From a virus: 43,135 bases of DNA. The translations under genes and the position numbers were made by a program. Position 1 is the first letter of the stretch. Every line of letters begins with the position of its first letter. The stretch lies in IMG/VR virus record IMGVR_UViG_3300010224_000023; one strand, written 5' to 3'. The notes beneath the pieces were generated by a model, which did not search any database, was not told the origin of the DNA, and saw only the letters and a program-made list of their open reading frames with translations. Positions 1-7,611 of this stretch are shown here, one piece after another.

Positions 1-55
1 CGACTGCTCCAGCTGCTCCAGCTGCTCCAGCTGCTCCCGCTGCTCCCGCTGCTCC
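1..55. repeat. Terminal overlap, identical to 43081..43135
   Basis: cgactgctccagctgctccagctgctccagctgctcccgctgctcccgctgctcc occurs at both window ends. Confidence 0.95.
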
Positions 56-184
56 GGCTGCTCCGACTGCTCCCGCTGCTCCGACTGCTCCAGCTGCTAC
101 CGCTGCTCCAGCTGCTCCCGCTGCTCCCGCTGCTCCGGCTGCTCCGACTGCTCCGACTGCTCCAGCTGCTCCCGCTGCTACCGC
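1..184 (+). repeat. Coding 9-bp tandem repeat (TGC-TCC-NNN)n, continuing from 43022..43135
   Basis: A TGC codon recurs every 9 nt from 5 to 176 in frame 2. A higher-order block (agc tgc tcc cgc tgc tcc cgc tgc tcc ggc tgc tcc gac) occurs twice, at 29..67 and 110..148. Confidence 0.95.
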
Positions 185-532
185 AAGGAAGGTTCAGAGC
201 CAGGAGAACAGCGTGAGCCGTTAGTGATTCCTTTCGTTGAAGAACTCCATAAGAAGCTCTACGCAGCCGTGACAGCGAAGCCAGATGCTCTGGATATGTC
301 CACATGGCATACCTGCGAGACGACGCACTGCCGCGCTGGATGGGTGGTAAATCTTGCTGGCGAAGAGGGACGCAAGTTAGAGGCGTTTCACAATACCGAA
401 CTCGCGGCCATGCTGATTTACGAAAAGTCCGGTTACGAAATTAATCCATGCCGCTTCTATGACTCGGACGAGGATGCGCTGGAAGACATGCGGAAGCTCG
501 CAGAGGACAAGGAGGCAAAGAGCCATGCCTAA
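2..532 (+). CDS. 3' part of the junction-spanning Cys-x-x repeat protein (about 239 aa in total with 42893..43135); C-terminal domain with a WHTCETTHCRAGW motif
   Basis: Frame 2 is open from the window edge. There is no stop between the repeat and the track ORF 224..532 (codon 221..223 is TTA). The stop is TAA at 530..532. The track start at 224 (GTG) is an artefact of linearisation. Confidence 0.8.
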   Translation, partial: DCSSCSSCSSCSRCSRCSGCSDCSRCSDCSSCYRCSSCSRCSRCSGCSDCSDCSSCSRCYRKEGSEPGEQREPLVIPFVEELHKKLYAAVTAKPDALDMSTWHTCETTHCRAGWVVNLAGEEGRKLEAFHNTELAAMLIYEKSGYEINPCRFYDSDEDALEDMRKLAEDKEAKSHA

Positions 533-785
533 CGAGCACCAGATTTCCGATGAACGACTGCTGCACTTGACGAAAGAGACGCACTGGGCCTCTGGGTGGG
601 ATGGGAGGCTTACTGAGAAGGCTCTTATAGCACGAGAACTCCTCGAACTCCGCCAGGAATCCGCATCCGCCGAGCGCAGGGGCATAGAGAAGGCGCTAGA
701 GGCCATCAATGGCCTAGACCCTGATGCGATCCGCGCCGTTGAAGCTCTTCTGCCCTCTGCGGATGAAACGGAGCCTACCAAATGA
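525..785 (+). CDS. Hypothetical early protein (86 aa)
   Basis: ATG 525 overlaps the upstream stop (ATGCCTAA). It encodes a helical protein, MPNEHQISDERLLHL... The track ORF 459..785 was trimmed to this internal ATG. Confidence 0.55.
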   Translation: MPNEHQISDERLLHLTKETHWASGWDGRLTEKALIARELLELRQESASAERRGIEKALEAINGLDPDAIRAVEALLPSADETEPTK

Positions 786-1153
786 CCCTCACACCCGCGC
801 AAGCGATGACGCCAGAATGGATAAACAGACGCAGCAATTACGGCAAGGTATTTACGACTTATTCGGATCGCCCTAACGGTTGGTCCGCCTGCGTAACGGA
901 TGACACTGAGTTGTCTGCACCATTCAGGGGTACTCGCTACCACGTCCAAGCAAATTGCCGATTCTGGGGCATCAGTCACCCATCTACATTCACGATGCTT
1001 AAGGATGCACGAGCGGCGGCACTGGCTTTCACCGATAGGATGCCTCGGTGCGACCCCGATGCGATGAACGGAGATCACTGCCGTGGAGCTTGGGATGTTC
1101 GCGACGAAGCTATAAAGCAATATCAGGACGCGCAGAAAGCAGGTAAGCAGTGA
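782..1153 (+). CDS. Hypothetical protein (123 aa)
   Basis: There is an ATGA overlap with the upstream stop, and the gene is co-oriented in the coupled operon. Confidence 0.6.
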   Translation: MTLTPAQAMTPEWINRRSNYGKVFTTYSDRPNGWSACVTDDTELSAPFRGTRYHVQANCRFWGISHPSTFTMLKDARAAALAFTDRMPRCDPDAMNGDHCRGAWDVRDEAIKQYQDAQKAGKQ

Positions 1154-1779
1154 CGCAACCCACGATGCAAGGACAGAATCCAGGAGCGATGTGTGTATGT
1201 GGTCGCGTTCTTGGCGATCACCACGCCCACGCAAACTATTGCCCCGGCCCACCAGACGAGTCTTGCCCCACGTTCCGCCCCTCCACACCGAGCGGCACAA
1301 AATCAGAAGGCCCAGCCGTGCCTATGCAGGAGGGCGATGAACCGAAGTACACCATTGATGAAATCTTAGCGGTAATCAACAGAGATCCCGACTTCGATGG
1401 ACCTATGCCTGATGAACTACGTGAACGTTCAGAAAAGGTTCCCGTCGAAACAGTGGCACGCGCCGGAGCTAGAGCGGCCAGGTTGTCACTCATCAGGAAG
1501 TTCAGTAACCTGCGCGCGCGTATCGAATCCGCTCCTGTACCGCCTTCACATAGCGAGCAGCAGTGGGTGAGCGTAGAGGACCGCAAACCCGAAGAAGACG
1601 TGGACGTTCTGTTCTGCGGGCGCGTCGGTGATGCCCCGGCAGGTGAGGTGTGGTTCGCGGTTGGGCGCAACGTGGCCGGATGCTTTTATGAGTTCACCGA
1701 TGAGGACACGCAGCCTTTAGACTACGCAACCCACTGGATGCCTCTTCCCGCTGCCCCAGAACCAAAGGAGCCGAGATGA
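1150..1779 (+). CDS. DUF551-type phage protein (209 aa)
   Basis: The C-terminus WVSVEDRKPEEDVDVLF...ATHWMPLPAAPEP matches the DUF551 pattern (W-x-S-V-x-D-R-x-P ... THWMPLP). The start overlaps the upstream stop. Confidence 0.7.
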   Translation: MTQPTMQGQNPGAMCVCGRVLGDHHAHANYCPGPPDESCPTFRPSTPSGTKSEGPAVPMQEGDEPKYTIDEILAVINRDPDFDGPMPDELRERSEKVPVETVARAGARAARLSLIRKFSNLRARIESAPVPPSHSEQQWVSVEDRKPEEDVDVLFCGRVGDAPAGEVWFAVGRNVAGCFYEFTDEDTQPLDYATHWMPLPAAPEPKEPR

Positions 1780-1837
1780 AGATTTTGATATTGTCCGCGC
1801 TGTTAGTCGCCGGTGAAAAGCAGGAAGGAGTACAGAA

Positions 1838-2050
1838 GTGAGCACCGAATTGAGCATGCCGGAACCGCTTGTGAGCACTGAGAAGGCGGCGGAGTTCCTT
1901 GGATTCACGGAGCCTATCATCCGCCAGATGGCGAAGGCCGGACGTATCCCATGCTATCGCTACGGACTCGGAAAGCGCATTTATTACCGCTTCCGCCTCT
2001 CGGAGCTGGCTCCGTCTAGCATGCGGCCGCAGGCGCAGGGTAGCCGTTAG
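1838..2050 (+). CDS. xis: Excisionase / HTH_17-type DNA-binding protein
   Basis: GTG start preceded by AGGAAGGAG. The sequence LVSTEKAAEFLGFTEPIIRQMAKAGRIPCYRYG is typical of the excisionase/MerR-like HTH. The gene lies immediately upstream of the integrase. Confidence 0.7.
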   Translation: MSTELSMPEPLVSTEKAAEFLGFTEPIIRQMAKAGRIPCYRYGLGKRIYYRFRLSELAPSSMRPQAQGSR

Positions 2051-2091
2051 GTACAATCATCGGCACCATCATCGGTGCCGCGGAATAGGAG

Positions 2092-3276
2092 TTGAATCCC
2101 TTGAACCGGCTATCTATACAGCAGGGGAGCGTGACCATCAAGCCGCGCGCCAACGGCGCGGACGCATGGGTATACCGCTTCCGAGACGGCAACAAGCACC
2201 GCTCAATCGTACTTGGACGAGCGGACCAGATGAAAGAAGAAGCAGCTTGGCGCAAAGCGCGTCAGTTGCGGGCAAAGAGTTTCCAGCAGGGCGAGACGAT
2301 GACATCTCTGATAGACACCTACGAGCGAGAAGGCCTGCCAGCCCGTCAAAGCACGGCAGGTCCTTACCGCTCAATCCTCAAGCGTATCCGTGAGGAGTTC
2401 GGCGCGCAGCCGGTAGATGATGTGATGCTCAACGTCATGGGCGTGGAGCGTTGGCTAAACGGCCTGCAAACCATTCCTACCGCAACGCAGACTGCCCGTC
2501 CACTGTCCAGCCGTTCGCGCGGCCACATCAAGGCAATTTTTCACCGCCTTGGAGAGTTCGCGATGAAGATGAACATGCTGGACATGCAGCGAAACCCGAT
2601 GGCTCTCGTGGAACTCAAGGGCTATAACCAGCGGGTGCGCCACATTCCGGTTCTGACGGTGGAGCAGTATCACGCCATTGTCGCGGACCCGAAACTGGCA
2701 CAGCATGTACGGGTCATGGTGCAGGTAGCCATGATGCTCGGACTGCGCGCGAGCGAGTTCCTGGCGCTCCGGTGGGAAGACATCGACCTGCTCAACGGGA
2801 CGGTCTTTGTCCAGCGTTCGGTTGTCGGCAAGCATCAGGATGACACGAAAACAGCCACATCAAAGGAGGTTCTTCCTCTGCATCCGCACTTGGCGTCCGT
2901 ACTGATGGCGTGGCGTCAGCACTCGCCGGTCATCGAGGGTTGGCTGTTCGGCTCTCCGATCACCAATCGGCCGTATCACCGCGACGCACTCCAGAAAGAC
3001 CATCTCATCCCCGCTGGCAAGCGAGTGAATATTCCAAGTTTGGGATGGCACGCGTTCCGGCACACCTACCGTGCGATGCTCCGCAAACTGGAACTCCCTA
3101 TCGAGGTCCAGCAGAAGCTCATGCGCCACGCGGACATAACCACCACATCGAAGTATGGCCAGTCCGGCTCCATGCTCGAAGAACTCCGTCCAGCGAATGC
3201 GTTGCTGGCGGAACGGCTGCAAAATGGAAAGAGCACCGGACGGCCATCCGATGCTCCTGAGGAAAAAGTGAACTAG
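2092..3276 (+). CDS. int: Tyrosine recombinase / phage integrase
   Basis: The C-terminal catalytic signature is present: GLRASEFLALRWEDID (Arg box), HAFRHTYRAML (H-x-x-R), LMRHADITTTSKYGQ (H...Y). The start is uncertain: TTG 2092 or in-frame TTG 2101, which sits 9 nt after AGGAG. Confidence 0.9.
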   Translation: MNPLNRLSIQQGSVTIKPRANGADAWVYRFRDGNKHRSIVLGRADQMKEEAAWRKARQLRAKSFQQGETMTSLIDTYEREGLPARQSTAGPYRSILKRIREEFGAQPVDDVMLNVMGVERWLNGLQTIPTATQTARPLSSRSRGHIKAIFHRLGEFAMKMNMLDMQRNPMALVELKGYNQRVRHIPVLTVEQYHAIVADPKLAQHVRVMVQVAMMLGLRASEFLALRWEDIDLLNGTVFVQRSVVGKHQDDTKTATSKEVLPLHPHLASVLMAWRQHSPVIEGWLFGSPITNRPYHRDALQKDHLIPAGKRVNIPSLGWHAFRHTYRAMLRKLELPIEVQQKLMRHADITTTSKYGQSGSMLEELRPANALLAERLQNGKSTGRPSDAPEEKVN

Positions 3277-3279
3277 ACC

Positions 3280-3306
3280 GTGTTCCCTCGTGTTCCCTCG
3301 TGTTCC
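3280..3306. repeat. Tandem 10-bp repeat gtgttccctc x2.7
   Basis: gtgttccctc gtgttccctc gtgttcc lies directly between the int stop and the tRNA-derived core. It may be an arm-type recombinase or accessory-factor binding site. Confidence 0.6.
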
Positions 3307-3307
3307 T

Positions 3308-3355
<48 letters not shown>

Positions 3356-3462
3356 GGAAATGGGAGACGCACCACATAAAGCGATAGAGCGGCACCGATG
3401 ATGGCCTAACTCTACGCAACGCAATGCCTCGATTTCTCACTTGTTCCCCCATTCTCCTATGC

Positions 3463-3487
3463 AACAAGAAACCCCGCCGAAGCGGGG
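3463..3487 (-). terminator. Intrinsic terminator downstream of the late/lysis operon
   Basis: The minus strand reads CCCCGC-TTCG-GCGGGG followed by TTTCTTGTT: a GC stem with a UUCG tetraloop and a T-rich tail. Confidence 0.6.
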
Positions 3488-3802
3488 CTGTCTCGTACTC
3501 AGAGCGTCCCCTGAGTGTGTGGCATGGAGCCACCCGTCCTTTTGTGTTTCCCTCGCTTGCTTCGCATAGTTGCTAGGCGCGCTGGTAATCGGTGCCGGAG
3601 GCCAGTAACCGGACGCTTATGTTGTGTGCGGGCAGGGCTTGATACCTGCTCTTGTGTGGCTGCCTGTGGCCAACTAGGTGGGATTTTCGCCCAACGTATG
3701 CTCTACCCAGGCCGAGGTTCCGCCGCGTGTCCTTATGCTTTCGCTCCACGCCGCCGCACACCCTAAGTTTAAAACAGCCGTACGCCGTTAACAAGGGCTT
3801 TC

Positions 3803-4057
3803 TTAGGCATCGGGTTCGGTCAGCGGTGCCGGATCGGGCAGAAGGGCGATGATGCTCTCTGCGCTGATGGGTGTTCCGCTGGCTGTGGCCCATGCCGTCA
3901 GAGCCTTCACGACGAGCTGCGCGGTCAGGTCCAGAACTACGCCGGCGGTTGCTGCGGGAAGCGCAACACCCGGATCCACACCTGCCACGGTAGAGAGAAT
4001 CTGGTCACCAATTGCCTGTCCTTCGCGGACATAGGTTGCGATAGTGGTCGCGTCCAT
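3803..4057 (-). CDS. Hypothetical protein (84 aa), last gene of the lysis cluster
   Basis: TAATG overlap with the lipoprotein gene stop. The protein is Ala/Val-rich and soluble, with no recognisable motif. Confidence 0.5.
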   Translation of the reverse strand: MDATTIATYVREGQAIGDQILSTVAGVDPGVALPAATAGVVLDLTAQLVVKALTAWATASGTPISAESIIALLPDPAPLTEPDA

Positions 4058-4434
4058 TACTTGCCTCCACAGACTGCGGTTGGGTTGGAGATGAGCGCCT
4101 GCACCTGCACCACGAGGGGAGCAAGGCCAGCAAGATCGGCTACTACGGCCGATTGCGCAGCCGTGGTATCACCCTTCGCTTCCTTCACGCGCTCAAAATC
4201 GAGGAATGCATTCACGGCGACCGTCTGCACGGCCTTGCCGTTCTCGATGAGCGACTTGGCGCATACTGTCTTCGGGATGGTGCGCGCCTCGTAATCCGCC
4301 TGTGCCTGGTCGATGACGGCTTTGGACGAGGAGAGTGTGTTGAACGTGGTGCGCTCCCAGTTGTCACAGCCAGCCAGCGCGAGAACGCAGACTGCGGAGA
4401 GCGCGCAGAGGTAGATTGCAACCAGTTTCTTCAT
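4057..4434 (-). CDS. Lipoprotein (125 aa); possible o-spanin-like or lysogenic-conversion lipoprotein
   Basis: The N-terminus MKKLVAIYLCALSAVCVLALAGC carries a lipobox, LAGC. It follows the holin-like gene directly. Confidence 0.7.
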   Translation of the reverse strand: MKKLVAIYLCALSAVCVLALAGCDNWERTTFNTLSSSKAVIDQAQADYEARTIPKTVCAKSLIENGKAVQTVAVNAFLDFERVKEAKGDTTAAQSAVVADLAGLAPLVVQVQALISNPTAVCGGK

Positions 4435-4435
4435 G

Positions 4436-4630
4436 TTAGTTGTCCTTTGCGAGTGTGAGGCTGATTGCCTTGGCTACGATGGCCGCCGTGAGAATCCACT
4501 GCGGAGTGTGAATGTGCTGCGTTTGCATGTCGGCCACCACCACCGTCACAATGCCTGCTGCGGCGATGGCAGTCGTCTTCCAGTTATTGAGCACCCGGTC
4601 GATCAGGCGCGTCTTGGTTACATCCGTCAT
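4436..4630 (-). CDS. Holin-like small membrane protein (64 aa)
   Basis: Internal ATG at 4630 preceded by GGAGGGG. MTDVTKTRLIDRVLNNWKTTAIAAAGIVTVVVADMQTQHIHTPQWILTAAIVAKAISLTLAKDN has two hydrophobic helices. The gene is adjacent to the endolysin. Confidence 0.55.
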   Translation of the reverse strand: MTDVTKTRLIDRVLNNWKTTAIAAAGIVTVVVADMQTQHIHTPQWILTAAIVAKAISLTLAKDN

Positions 4631-4796
4631 TTCCCCTCCATCTGCTTTTCCACGTCCTCTGCTGTCCATTGCAGGGCGTTGAAGATTGTTGTGCGTAGGT
4701 TCTGCTGGCGCTCGGACTCTGCCCGAACAGTTCATTTACCCGAGACACGACGAGTTCAAGCGTCTCGTCCAGCTTTTGCCGCGTGCGTCCGGTCAT
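4584..4796 (-). CDS. Hypothetical small protein (70 aa), uncertain
   Basis: ATGA coupling to the endolysin stop. The N-terminal 25 aa look helical. The C-terminal half is low-complexity and overlaps the holin-like start. Confidence 0.3.
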   Translation of the reverse strand: MTGRTRQKLDETLELVVSRVNELFGQSPSASRTYAQQSSTPCNGQQRTWKSRWRGNDGCNQDAPDRPGAQ

Positions 4797-5284
4797 GGCA
4801 TCGGCACCTCGTAATTCTTGAGGAGCCGTGCAATGTATTCGTGAGGCACGTTGCCATCACGGAAATTGCCGCTGTTGTAGGCATCCGCGATCTGCTCAAT
4901 GGTCTTGGCGCCCCTGTCGAGAATGGCCGTGTTGATGTGTCCGACCGTCTTCATGGCCGCGTACTCGCACCGCTCAAACAGCGCCGGGTCTGCATCGTTA
5001 CCGCAGTTGATGAGCAGGATTTGCCAGGGGCCATAACTGCAATGCGCAGCGTGTCCGAACTGTGCTGTGAGTCGCTGCACAATCGGCGCGCTGCTGTACC
5101 GTCCATGAGCGTCCGGGCAGTACCCGTTCTCATGGCGCGGTGTGCAGTTGGCTCCGAAGCTGCTTTCATTGCCAGCCAAAGCCCAGAGCAGTTGCGCCCC
5201 GTCTGTGCTGGTGTCCTTCAGCCACAGGCTCTTGCCCCATGTGCGGCAGGCTGCGGCTACTCGTTCGCGCGGGAATGTGTTCAT
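4793..5284 (-). CDS. Endolysin, lytic transglycosylase (SLT)-like
   Basis: ALAGNESSFG (catalytic E-S motif) and SYGPWQIL (compare GLMQI) are present. Position is within the lysis cluster. Confidence 0.65.
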   Translation of the reverse strand: MNTFPRERVAAACRTWGKSLWLKDTSTDGAQLLWALAGNESSFGANCTPRHENGYCPDAHGRYSSAPIVQRLTAQFGHAAHCSYGPWQILLINCGNDADPALFERCEYAAMKTVGHINTAILDRGAKTIEQIADAYNSGNFRDGNVPHEYIARLLKNYEVPMP

Positions 5285-5286
5285 GG

Positions 5287-7590
5287 CTATTGATTCGTCA
5301 CTCCGGCAGACTCAGCCAACCACGCGCTATCTGCCGTGTAGTAGACAAAGCACTGATGGTTGCGCTTGCTTGCGGTCGCGCCAACCGTCATCCCACCAAG
5401 CACGTTTGCAGGCCAAGCAAAAGTGCGGCTTCCTGTCGCGTCCTGCACGATGTTGAAGCAGGTGTGTTGACCGTCTAAGCCAGCGGCAAGCGTGGATGAA
5501 GTCACGTTGCCCGTCAGTACGATGCGATGGTTTCCTGCCGACACAGAGAACGTGGGGGTAGAGGAGAACGTTACCGCCTCCACGGTGTCGCTCATGGTGA
5601 GGAAGGTGAAGCCAGTCTGATGGGCAACGCCGGAATCAGTTCCCGCACCGTTGCCCCATCGCTGGATATTCGCCAGTTTAGAGCGGATGTAAACGCACGT
5701 ACCTGTATATCCAGTGGTCGCATCGCAGGAGGTGTGCGCCAATGTGCCCGATCCCTGCATCTGCGTTTCGATACGTTGCGCTAAATGGCTGGCGGTGGAT
5801 GATCCACTGTTATAGTTCAGCATCTCCGCAAGGTTTCCTGGGCCTGTTTGGCTATCCCATACGCTGCCGCACTGGAGGCTTCCATTCGCTCCGATACCGC
5901 AGCCAAACGTTCCGTCCTTCTTCAGAAAGCGCAAGAGTAGTGCTGTGCTATCCGACCACTGTGCGAGAGTGTTGCTGGCATTGCTTGAGTATGGGATACG
6001 CATAAAGCCGCGCTGCCCCGGGCTCGGCATAGTTGTAGTGCCGTCCGCAGCCTTGAAAACCGCCGACGGTGCTGGACTCCAAACGTTTCCGCTCCACGTG
6101 AGATCAAAATTTTTGTTGAAATTGTGAACAAGATTTCCGCCGATGGTGTCGAAGAGGCTATCGCGCAGAGCCACAGTTGTGCCGGAATAGTTGCAGAGTG
6201 CGTCAGTGGCGTAAGTCGTATCGCTGTGGGCGTACCACGCTTCAATCGTGATCGGTTCCGGCACCTTTGTTCCATCCGTACTGCCGATACGGATGATGCA
6301 GGTGTTCGTAGTGCTGTCACCGTTGAACTCGGTGTACAGACCGTGGAAGCTCACGCCTCGCGTGCCGTTTCCCTCAAGTACGATCGCGCCAAGCTTGTTG
6401 GTGCTGACAAGATTGCCGCCTGCAAAGGTGATCGTGTTGCTGAAGTTTGCCGATCCTGCGAGCGGCGTTCCGGTGCCGGTGCCCTCGTGAATACCGAGTC
6501 CGGAATTTCTGTAAAAGTTGGAGTTGACGAGCACGGTTGCATCTGTCTGCTGCCCAGCCGTCCAGCCGTCGCCTCCATTGTTACGAACCGTCAGCGTGTC
6601 GAGCTTGGTATTCGTGGTTTGCCATGTGTTCAGACCGGGGCCGCTGAATCCATAGATCTTCACGTCCTCAACTTCGTTGTCGTACATGTAGTTAAGATTC
6701 AGGCCGATTCCAGTGCCGGGAGTTACATATGTGGCGAGCGGAATCGTCGGTCCCGGAGGCCCAACAATCGAGAGATTCTTGACCGAATAAGGGCCGTTGA
6801 ACGTCGTGCCTGAATTGATACGCAATCCGTCTGTACTATCCGCCGTAATCCAGAGGATCGTGGATTCCTTGCCTGCGCCCACGATGTTCAAGCGCGAACA
6901 TGGAACCTCGAGAGAGGAAGTGAACTTGTATGTACCCATCGGAATAATCAGAGTTCCATTCAGGCACGCCGCTGTCATCGCTGTATTCCAGGCAGTGGTG
7001 TTATCAGATGCAGCAGTTGACGCACCATAGGAGCGGATGTCGGTAGCGTTGGGCAGGGCTTTACTATCCAACTGCGTCTGGATCGCACTAGTTACGCCAT
7101 GCACATAGCCAAGCTCTGCCGGGGTCGTGCTGCCGAGTGTCTTGTTCGTCAGCGTCTGCACGCCGTTGAGGGTGACATCGCCACCCCCCCCGCCGCCTAC
7201 TGCCGTCTTCGCCTGGATGCCAACCTTGTTGATGGTGACAACTGCTGTCCCTGTCCATGTCGCCGTAGCGGTGTAGTAGTCATAACCGCCAGTGACGGTC
7301 ACCACTCCGCTCGTGGTACCGGTGTACGGGTTGGAGCCGGATACAGGCGTAAGCGTGGTGCACGTTCCGCCCCGCATACAGCCCTGAAAGGTCACGCTCA
7401 TCGCTGAGGGTGAACCGCCGATGTTTACCTCGAAAGTGAGCGTTCCCGATCCGTAGCGGTCAAGGAAAGTCACGGACTGCCCGGACGCGTCGATTGTCCC
7501 GCGTTCCTGATCCTTCATCTGGGCGCTGGCAGTTGAAAGCAGTAAAACAGCGCACGCAATCGCGCCCGCTGCACGATGCAGTCGATTCAT
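5287..7590 (-). CDS. Pectate-lyase-fold (right-handed beta-helix) depolymerase / tailspike-like protein with N-terminal Sec signal peptide (767 aa)
   Basis: Strong SD (AAGGAG, 5-nt spacer) before ATG 7590. The N-terminus MNRLHRAAGAIACAVLLLSTASA|QM has an AXA cleavage site. TLTNKTL is a fibre-type motif. NATDIRSYGASTAASDNTTAWNTAMTAACLNGTLIIPMGTYKF matches the Pectate_lyase_3 N-terminal signature. Confidence 0.75.
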   Translation of the reverse strand: MNRLHRAAGAIACAVLLLSTASAQMKDQERGTIDASGQSVTFLDRYGSGTLTFEVNIGGSPSAMSVTFQGCMRGGTCTTLTPVSGSNPYTGTTSGVVTVTGGYDYYTATATWTGTAVVTINKVGIQAKTAVGGGGGGDVTLNGVQTLTNKTLGSTTPAELGYVHGVTSAIQTQLDSKALPNATDIRSYGASTAASDNTTAWNTAMTAACLNGTLIIPMGTYKFTSSLEVPCSRLNIVGAGKESTILWITADSTDGLRINSGTTFNGPYSVKNLSIVGPPGPTIPLATYVTPGTGIGLNLNYMYDNEVEDVKIYGFSGPGLNTWQTTNTKLDTLTVRNNGGDGWTAGQQTDATVLVNSNFYRNSGLGIHEGTGTGTPLAGSANFSNTITFAGGNLVSTNKLGAIVLEGNGTRGVSFHGLYTEFNGDSTTNTCIIRIGSTDGTKVPEPITIEAWYAHSDTTYATDALCNYSGTTVALRDSLFDTIGGNLVHNFNKNFDLTWSGNVWSPAPSAVFKAADGTTTMPSPGQRGFMRIPYSSNASNTLAQWSDSTALLLRFLKKDGTFGCGIGANGSLQCGSVWDSQTGPGNLAEMLNYNSGSSTASHLAQRIETQMQGSGTLAHTSCDATTGYTGTCVYIRSKLANIQRWGNGAGTDSGVAHQTGFTFLTMSDTVEAVTFSSTPTFSVSAGNHRIVLTGNVTSSTLAAGLDGQHTCFNIVQDATGSRTFAWPANVLGGMTVGATASKRNHQCFVYYTADSAWLAESAGVTNQ

Positions 7591-7611
7591 AGTTACTCCT
7601 TGTGTGTGGGG

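Noticed and set aside
1-184. The 9-bp tandem repeat as a non-coding satellite, a CRISPR-like array or a pac/cos repeat.
   Set aside because: There is no spacer/repeat alternation. The periodicity is exactly 3n and stays open in one frame with a consistent Cys-Ser-x reading flanked by protein-like domains, so it is coding. A secondary role in packaging cannot be excluded.
1776-1841. Mini-ORFs in short gaps: a 21-aa ORF, MKILILSALLVAGEKQEGVQK, at 1776, and a 20-aa ORF at 41870.
   Set aside because: They are too short and I could not assess conservation. The first overlaps the SD of xis. They were not reported as genes.
3356-3430. Possible 5' half that would make 3311..3355 a complete tRNA gene.
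   Set aside because: The sequence upstream on the minus strand (..gtgcgtctcccatttcc) cannot pair with the CCCAA anticodon-stem strand or with the CCCCGCA acceptor strand. This is a tRNA fragment (attP core), not a gene.
7184-7191. A G8/C8 homopolymer inside the beta-helix enzyme gene, as a possible slipped-strand phase-variation switch.
   Set aside because: It encodes a GGGGGG inter-domain linker and is in frame. A single tract of 8 gives no evidence of variation from one sequence. It is worth checking only if population reads are available.
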